Positions 22,101 to 28,028 of a stretch of 28,028 nucleotides of DNA are shown here, one piece after another. Under the pieces are notes generated by a model. That model searched no databases. It was given only the letters and a program-made list of their open reading frames with translations, and was not told the DNA's origin. Numbering within the stretch: the stretch's first letter is position 1; each line of letters begins with the position of its first letter. Position numbers and translations under genes: made by a program. This stretch comes from Macrostomum lignano. Taxonomy: Eukaryota. The stretch lies in contig NIVC01005040.1 of assembly GCA_002269645.1 (NCBI GenBank), forward strand, positions 1 to 28,028, in the 5' to 3' direction.

Positions 22101-23649
22101 TAGACACCACAGTACAGTACAGACAGCCAAGTAAAACTTTAAAAGATCCTCGAACAGTAGAAATGATAGCTGTAAACAGTACTGTAGGACAGTCATCATA
22201 GCAGTATCACATGTCGCTTGTTGGCCTTCAAATATACAAGGCTAATAGATGTACGCAGCGCCCCACTGTCGCAGCGCACTTTAATGCCACGGGACTTCGA
22301 GATAAGAGATCAATATTTACGAGTACTATTGCAGCTCTAACGAAAAGTTCAATTTAGACAGTCACGTGATCCGGCCTGCCCAGACACTTTGGTTAAAAAT
22401 TACGCGATATTCTGTATAAAAAGTTGCAACATACATATAGCTACTGGTTTGATGGCAGCATAGTAGTAGATAGAAAGTAGATTCATTCGTCAAATAAAAT
22501 GCACTTTAAAACAAAGAAAGCTGACTTAACACCAGGCTACTGGACGTCATTTTTTATCAATAAGATGGTTCTTTCCGATAATTAATTGCTTTTTTTCAGC
22601 ATAAAACTTGGGTTTTGCTTGTTTATGTGTGAATGACCAAAAAGGTTACGGTGTTTTTCATTCTTGTTTTCTCAGTGTATTTATTAACAAATAAATTTAC
22701 AATTCAGGACTTTAGATACTACACTTGTTGATAATTATGGATATAATATATATATGTACTTGAAAAGAGCACAAGCAGGGGGCTACTCTAAGCTGAATAT
22801 ATTCAAGTGATGAGCGCATCGCCCAAAACAGACAAGGAGGCTGGTGCAACAGAAATTTTTGTACCGAATATTACATAATAATATAATAAATATTGCATAA
22901 ACCACATCACCAGTCCACGGCAAAGCATTAATAATATGAATGAAACACAAATATAGAGCGAGAGAAATAGTTAATTGGCTCCTCAAACAGGAAAGACATT
23001 AATTACCATCAATTACCTTCTGGGTGAGGGGTGATTGAGAATAATTATTGATAGTAATTAAATAACAGAATGAGAAAATCAAACACAAACTTAGCAGCTT
23101 ACAAATTGGAATTTCAAACGATTGGGGTATCAATAAATAAATGGCTGATTCGATAATTATAATAATAATGAGGGATCGGGCCGAACGCCAACTATTATTT
23201 CCACTGCTCATTCTGACAGTATACAGGTAGACAGCACGGCATTTATTGATAGCCAACTTATTGGGTATGTGGGGGGGGGGGTTAACTACACAAAGCCGCA
23301 CTGGCTTCGACAATCTGACAAGTTTTATAAACCTCTGTAAACAGAAACTGAAAGCGGACGAGAGTTGAAAGAAGCATAAAATCAGAAAAAAAATTACAAC
23401 AGTAAATGCGACACGCCTGATGGAGGGCGGTGAAGCTGATGTTGTTTTGATATATTGCTGCAGATTTGTTGTTGCTTCTGCTTGTTGCTTCTGTGCTTGT
23501 TGTTGACAAATTTTAATAAATAATAGTTTGCTCATATGGTACAGTCGAGATAATACAAAGTGCTGATAAATATATTTATCCAGCATCGAATGTGATGGAA
23601 AATAGATCAGGGATTGGAAAATCCGGCCCGCTCAAGGTTTGTGTCTCTT

Positions 23650-24415
23650 CTATGCTCTCTTATCTCGTCTGCTCTCTGATCTCTCCTCTGTCTCTGATCT
23701 CTCCTCTGCTCTCTCATCTCTCCTCTGCTCTCTTATCTCTCTCTGTTCTCATCTTCTCTCTCATCTCTCCTCTGCTCTCATCTCTCCTCTGCTCTCTTAT
23801 CTCTCCTCTGCTTCTTTCTCTCCTCTGTTCTCTGATCTCTCCTCTCTCTCTTATCTCTCCTCTGCTCTCTTATCTCTCCTCTGTTCTATCTCTCTCTGTT
23901 CTCATCTCTCCTCTGTCTCTGATCTCTCTCTGCTCTCTTATCTCTCCTCTGCTCTCTTATCTCTCCTCTGTCTCTGATCTCTCCTCTCTCTTATCTCTCC
24001 TCCCTATCTCTCTCTGTTCTCTTATCCCTCTGTTCTCTTATCTCTCCTCTGCTCTCTTATCTCTCCTCTGTTCTCATCTCTCTCTACTCTTATCTCTCCT
24101 CTGCTCTCTTATCTCTCCTCTGTTCTCTCATCTCTCCTCTGCTCTCTTATCTCTTCTGCTCTGTTCTCTCATCTCTCTCTGTTTTGTTCTCTCCTTCTCT
24201 CTTATCTTCCTCTGTTCTCTCATCTCTCGTTCTCTCATCTCTCCTTGATCTCTGATCTCTCCTCTGCTCTCTCTCCTCTGTTCTCTCATCTCTCCTCTGC
24301 TCTCTTATCTTCCTCTGCTTTGCTCTCCTCTGTTCTCTCATCTCTCCTCTGCTCCCTCTCCTCTGCTCTCTCTCTCTGTTCTCTCATCTCTCCTCTGTTC
24401 TCATTCTCCTCTGCT
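23650..24415 (+). repeat. CT-rich degenerate ~19-bp minisatellite (CTCTC(T/A)TATCTCTCCTCTG-like) directly after the last visible TRIP12 exon
   Basis: Recurrent ctctcttatctctcctctg / ctctcatctctcctctg units. Confidence 0.93.
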
Positions 24416-24421
24416 ATTCAC

Positions 24422-24494
24422 CTCTGGCCGAATTGTCCTCGCCTTCTACTCGTCTTCACAACCACCGTCAGGGGCGGGTGCAGCGCGCGCCAGC
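24422..24494 (-). CDS. TRIP12: TRIP12-like HECT ligase, exon D (HECT C-lobe), probable 1-nt insertion
   Basis: Acceptor CCCCTACAG|GC, donor AG|GTGAAT. Reads (G)WRALHPPLTVVVKT, matching TRIP12 GFRSLNPPLTIVRKT. Removing one base gives VEGEDNSAR, more like the acidic homolog segment (inference). Confidence 0.8.
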
Positions 24495-24711
24495 CTGTAG
24501 GGGGTGGGCAGGGGAGCGTCAATGATCAGCTGCGTTTGTTGCTTCATCAATATTATTTATTTTATTACCGTGTGTTAGGCCAGCCACCGACCAGTCAATC
24601 ACGTGGTTCAGATGGGGTAAACACAAAAGCGATACCTCTTTTGAATACGCAGAATAATGTGTGCCATTTTTCACTACAAACAAGTGTAAATCTAATTTCT
24701 AAGATGATCCA

Positions 24712-25236
24712 CTAGATGAGCCACTGACAGCCCCACTAGATGAGCCACTGACAGGGGGATGAGCCACCCCCTGTCAGCCACTGACAGGATGAGCCACTGA
24801 CAGCCACCTGACTAATCCACACAGCCACTAGATGAGCCAGACAGCCCACTAGATGAGCCACTGACAGCCCCACTAGATGAGCCACTGACAGCCCCACTAG
24901 ATGAGCCACTGACAGCCCCACTAGATGAGCCACTGACAGCCCCACTAGATGAGCCACTGACAGCCCACTAGATGAGCCACTGACAGCCCCACTAGATGAG
25001 CCACTGACAGCCCCACTAGATGAGCCACTGACAGCCCCACTAGATGAGCCACTGACAGCCCCACTAGATGAGCCACTGACAGCCCACTAGATGAGCACTG
25101 ACAGATGAGCCACTGTCAGCCACTGACAGCCCCACTAGATGAGCCACTGACAGCCCCACTAGATGAGCCACTGACAGCCCCACTAGATGACTGCAGCACT
25201 AGATGAGCCACTGACAGCCCCACTAGATGAGCCACT
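24712..25236 (+). repeat. Intronic 24-bp minisatellite (GACAGCCCCACTAGATGAGCCACT), block 1
   Basis: 24-nt periodicity. Confidence 0.96.
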
Positions 25237-25239
25237 CAC

Positions 25240-25530
25240 CGCCAACCGGCAGCCGAGGCGAGCCAGTCACGAACTGCAGGAAGCTGCGCCGCTGGCCGAG
25301 GTCGAAGCCGGCCATCAGCTGGACAGCAGTCGAATAGCTCGACTCTAGCGTGAATCCATGATGGCCGGCAAGCCCCACTGGCCGAGTCCCAGGCGTCGGC
25401 GCCGGCAGGGGCGCCGCAGAACACGAGCTGAGCTCCTCTGGCCGGAATAGCCGCAGATTCGAGCCGGCAGCACCTCGAGAGCCACTGACTCCCTCCACTA
25501 GCCAGTGCGCCACCAGCAGACCCCAGGCTC
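25240..25530 (-). pseudogene. Corrupted partial duplicate of TRIP12 exon C (3' half), or mis-assembled copy
   Basis: Nearly repeats 25750-26090 with several indels, ends FLQFVTGSPRLPVG(G)|GTGAGT, and grades into minisatellite sequence at 25475-25535. Confidence 0.8.
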
Positions 25531-25532
25531 CA

Positions 25533-25746
25533 GATGAGCCACTGACAGCCCCACTAGATGAGCCACTGACAGCCCCACTAGATGAGCCACTGACAGCCCC
25601 ACTAGATGAGCCACTGACAGCCCCACTAGATGAGCCACTGACACCCCACTAGATGAGCCACTGACAGCCCCACTAGATGAGCCACTGCCCCCACTAGATG
25701 GCCACTGACAGCCAGATCCACTGACAGCCCCACTAGATGAGCCACT
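25533..25746 (+). repeat. Intronic 24-bp minisatellite, block 2 (same unit as 24712-25236)
   Basis: Same unit, with some damaged copies. Confidence 0.94.
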
Positions 25747-25749
25747 CAC

Positions 25750-26313
25750 CGGGCAGCCGAGGCGAGCCAGTCACGAACTGCAGGAAGCTGCGCCGCTGGC
25801 CGAGGTCGAAGCCGGCCATCAGCTGGAACAGCAGTCGAATAGCTCGACTCTCCAGCGTGAATCCATGATCCGGCCGGCAAGCCTCGGCCAGCGTGGCCGA
25901 GTCCCAGGCGTCGGCGCCGGCAGGGGCGCCGCAGAACACGAGCTCGAGCTCCTCTGGCCGGAATAGCCGCAGATTCGAGGCCGGCAGCACGGACTCGAAT
26001 CCTTCAATGAAAGCCTCCATCTGGCGGCGGACTCCCTCCACTAGGGTCCAGTGCGCCACCAGCTCCAGGTACTCGTCCAGGCGGTCCAGGGTGACCACGG
26101 TGTCCGGCCGCCTCGGTTCAGCTCGAGTTCCGGATAGCCGGGCAAGGTGAAGTCCAGGCCGAGCTCTTCAACCGGACAGCCGTCAAGATTGTTGAGCGCG
26201 CCGAGGGCCAGCTCGCGCGAGGCAGGCGTGTGCGACGCGTCTTCGAGTATTTGGCGCCGGCGCAGCGCCAGCTGGGCTAGTTGGCGCCAGGTGCGCGCCA
26301 GATCTTGATCGAC
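25750..26313 (-). CDS. TRIP12: TRIP12-like HECT ligase, exon C (HECT N-lobe to C-lobe), one apparent frameshift near 26105
   Basis: Acceptor ATTTTAG|GTC. Reads VDQDLART...GCPVEELGLDFTLPGYPELELNRGG, then after a 1-nt shift DTVVTLDRLDEYLELVAHW...RPDHGFTLESRAIRLLF...FLQFVTGSPRLP. Donor G|GTGAGT at 25750/25749. Confidence 0.9.
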
Positions 26314-26438
26314 CTAAAATTGAAATCGGGGTGAAGCAAGGGTCTTAAACTCAACTCCTTTAAAGTACAAAGGCGACTTGAGTGCCTAATTTTTCAAGAA
26401 TATTCAGAAATTTGACTCGCTAAATAAAATACACCTAC

Positions 26439-27089
26439 CAAAGCCAGCTGCCGATAGCCCAGTTGGCCCTCCTGCCCCAGCAGCCACTGGTAGAACACTG
26501 GCGACAGAGCCAGATCGAGTTTGCGCGAGTCCAGCACAGATTTGGCCATCAGCCGGCCCAGAGTGCGGAATCTCTGCCTGGCCCGCTGGAGTCCGTGCCC
26601 GCTGCGGGCCATTGGGCGCGGATAGAGGCCGCACGGCGGGCACAGAAGGCCGTTCGGCTGCTCGTGGCCGGAGCGCCAGATGCCCAGATCGGCGCGGCAG
26701 AATTCCCTGCTAACCAGCGAGTAGAACTCCAGCGTGGGCCCGAGGCCCGTGCCAACTTCGCCTTCGTAGCTAATCTCCAGCATAGCCCGCGAGTGGCCCA
26801 TCTCTTCCAGTACGCGCTCGGCCGAGCGGAGCAAATCTTTGCGGCTGATCACCCGGCGGCGTTTCTCCACTTTTGGCACCACTCGACCCGACCGGCTGGA
26901 GTCGGCGTTAGCGGCGCCAGCGCCTCCGGCACCGGCTTCCTGGCCAGAGTTGGCCTCGCCGCTGAGCTCCTGCAGGCGGAGCAGCGCCCTGTCCCGGTCG
27001 AAGTGCAGCACGTACAGCAGCAGGTGCCGGGCCTCGAAGCCAAGCAGGAAGGGGCAAGCGGCGGCCAGCTGACCGACCCAGTTGGGAAC
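26439..27089 (-). CDS. TRIP12: TRIP12-like HECT ligase, exon B (pre-HECT region and HECT start)
   Basis: Acceptor CGCCCAG|GTT, donor TTG|GTAGGT, 651 nt, phase 0/0. Reads VPNWVGQLAAACPFLLGFEARHLLLYVLHFDRDRAL...RAMLEISYEGEVGTGLGPTLEFYSLVS...FRTLGRLMAKSVLDSRKLDL; the EVGTGLGPTLEFY motif is typical of the TRIP12/UFD4/HECTD1 family. Confidence 0.95.
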
Positions 27090-27115
27090 CTGGGCGAGTG
27101 GCGAATGGTAGCCAG

Positions 27116-27582
27116 AATTGAGGGGATGCTAATTATGGGGAAGAGGAATTGAGGGGATGCTAATCATGGGAAGGGGAATTGAGGGGATGCTAATCATGGG
27201 AAGGGGAATTGAGGGGATGCTAATCATGGGGAAGGGGAATTGAGGGGATGCTAATCATGGGAAGGGGAATTGAGGGGATGCTAATTATGGGGAAGGGGAA
27301 TTGAGGGGATGCTAATCATGGGGAGCGGGAATTGAGGGGATGCTAATTATGGGGAAGGGGAATTGAGGGGATGCTAATCATGGGGAGCGGGAATTGAGGG
27401 GATGCTAATTATGGGGAAGGGGAATTGAGGGGATGCTAATCATGGGGAAGGGGAATTGAGGGGATGCTAATCATGGGGAAGGGGAATTGAGGGGATGCTA
27501 ATCATGGGGAAGGGGAATTGAGGGGATGCTAATCACGAGAAGCGGGAATTGAGGGGATGCTAATCACGAGAAGCGGGAATTA
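27116..27582 (+). repeat. Intronic 30-31-bp G-rich minisatellite (GGGGATGCTAATCATGGG(G)AAGGGGAATTGA), ~15 copies
   Basis: Direct periodicity; fills ~467 of the 505-nt intron (27090-27594). Confidence 0.96.
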
Positions 27583-27594
27583 TCCCAAACTCAC

Positions 27595-28028
27595 CTGTCC
27601 AGTGAGCACAGCCAGCGGGTCCTGCAGCTGTCGGACCACTTTAGCCGTCAGCTTGGCGCTCACAAACTCATCTGGCGGCAACAGCGAATCGGCCTCGCAA
27701 TAGCTGGTGCTGTATAGCGCTGAATAGTGCAGGCCGAGGTACAGCACAGACAGGAGCGACAGCACAGACCGGCAGGGGTCGGTGAGGCCGGAGATGGCCT
27801 GCAGAGCCTGCTGGTCTTGATAATGCCGCAGCGGCGAAGCGGCGGCAGCCTTAGCGGCAGCGGCGGCGGCTGTGGCGGCATTGTAAATGGCCGATGCGGC
27901 TGGCGAGGAGCCTTCGGTAGCGGCGCGAGACCGGCGATGCGACTGCGACTGCTGTTGGTGCCCAGCATGGCTGCGAGTGTTGGAGCCAGCGGCAGAAGCG
28001 GCTGACGGCACGGGCCGATAGTAGATGG
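27595..28028 (-). CDS. TRIP12: TRIP12-like HECT ligase, exon A (partial; gene continues beyond the right edge)
   Basis: The frame is open to the window edge: IYYRPV...DPCRSVLSLLSVL...EFVSAKLTAKVVRQLQDPLAVLTGQ, matching TRIP12 IWYKPV...DPS..V..LL.VL...EFINSKLTAKANRQLQDPL. Donor CAG|GTGAGT at 27595/27594. Confidence 0.93.

Noticed and set aside
22999-23586. 195-aa minus-strand ORF as the missing TRIP12 terminal exon or a new gene
   Set aside because: AT-rich, low-complexity sequence with no HECT C-terminal motifs; looks like UTR or intergenic DNA.
23592-24957. ORFs rich in LSSLLCSLISP or AHLVGLSV
   Set aside because: Translations of the intronic CT-rich and 24-bp arrays.

Overview
Eukaryotic (metazoan invertebrate) genomic DNA, not prokaryotic: spliceosomal GT-AG introns, GC-rich Ala-rich exons and about ten 17-31 bp minisatellite arrays. 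This style suggests a free-living flatworm such as Macrostomum, which is an inference only. Left to right: (1) a decayed, 5'-truncated APE-type non-LTR retrotransposon on the minus strand (1-~1080, running off the window); (2) a minisatellite-dense region (2.9-14.6 kb) containing a ~1 kb non-autonomous IS630/Tc1/mariner element with ~320 bp TIRs (4787-5792); (3) an intact two-exon, 478-aa nuclear receptor with no DNA-binding domain, NR0B (SHP/DAX-1)-like, on the minus strand (join 18581-17369, 16341-16118), with an LxxLL box, a PLDLS CtBP-type motif and an atypical AF-2; (4) the 3' part of a TRIP12-like HECT E3 ligase on the minus strand (28028-24422), with minisatellite-filled introns, two apparent 1-nt frameshifts, a scrambled duplicate exon and no visible terminal catalytic-Cys exon, which may be an assembly artefact or a decaying paralog. 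The NR0B-like gene is the most interesting intact feature. I found no evidence for a new multi-gene system. Most long ORFs in the supplied track are repeat or antisense artefacts.
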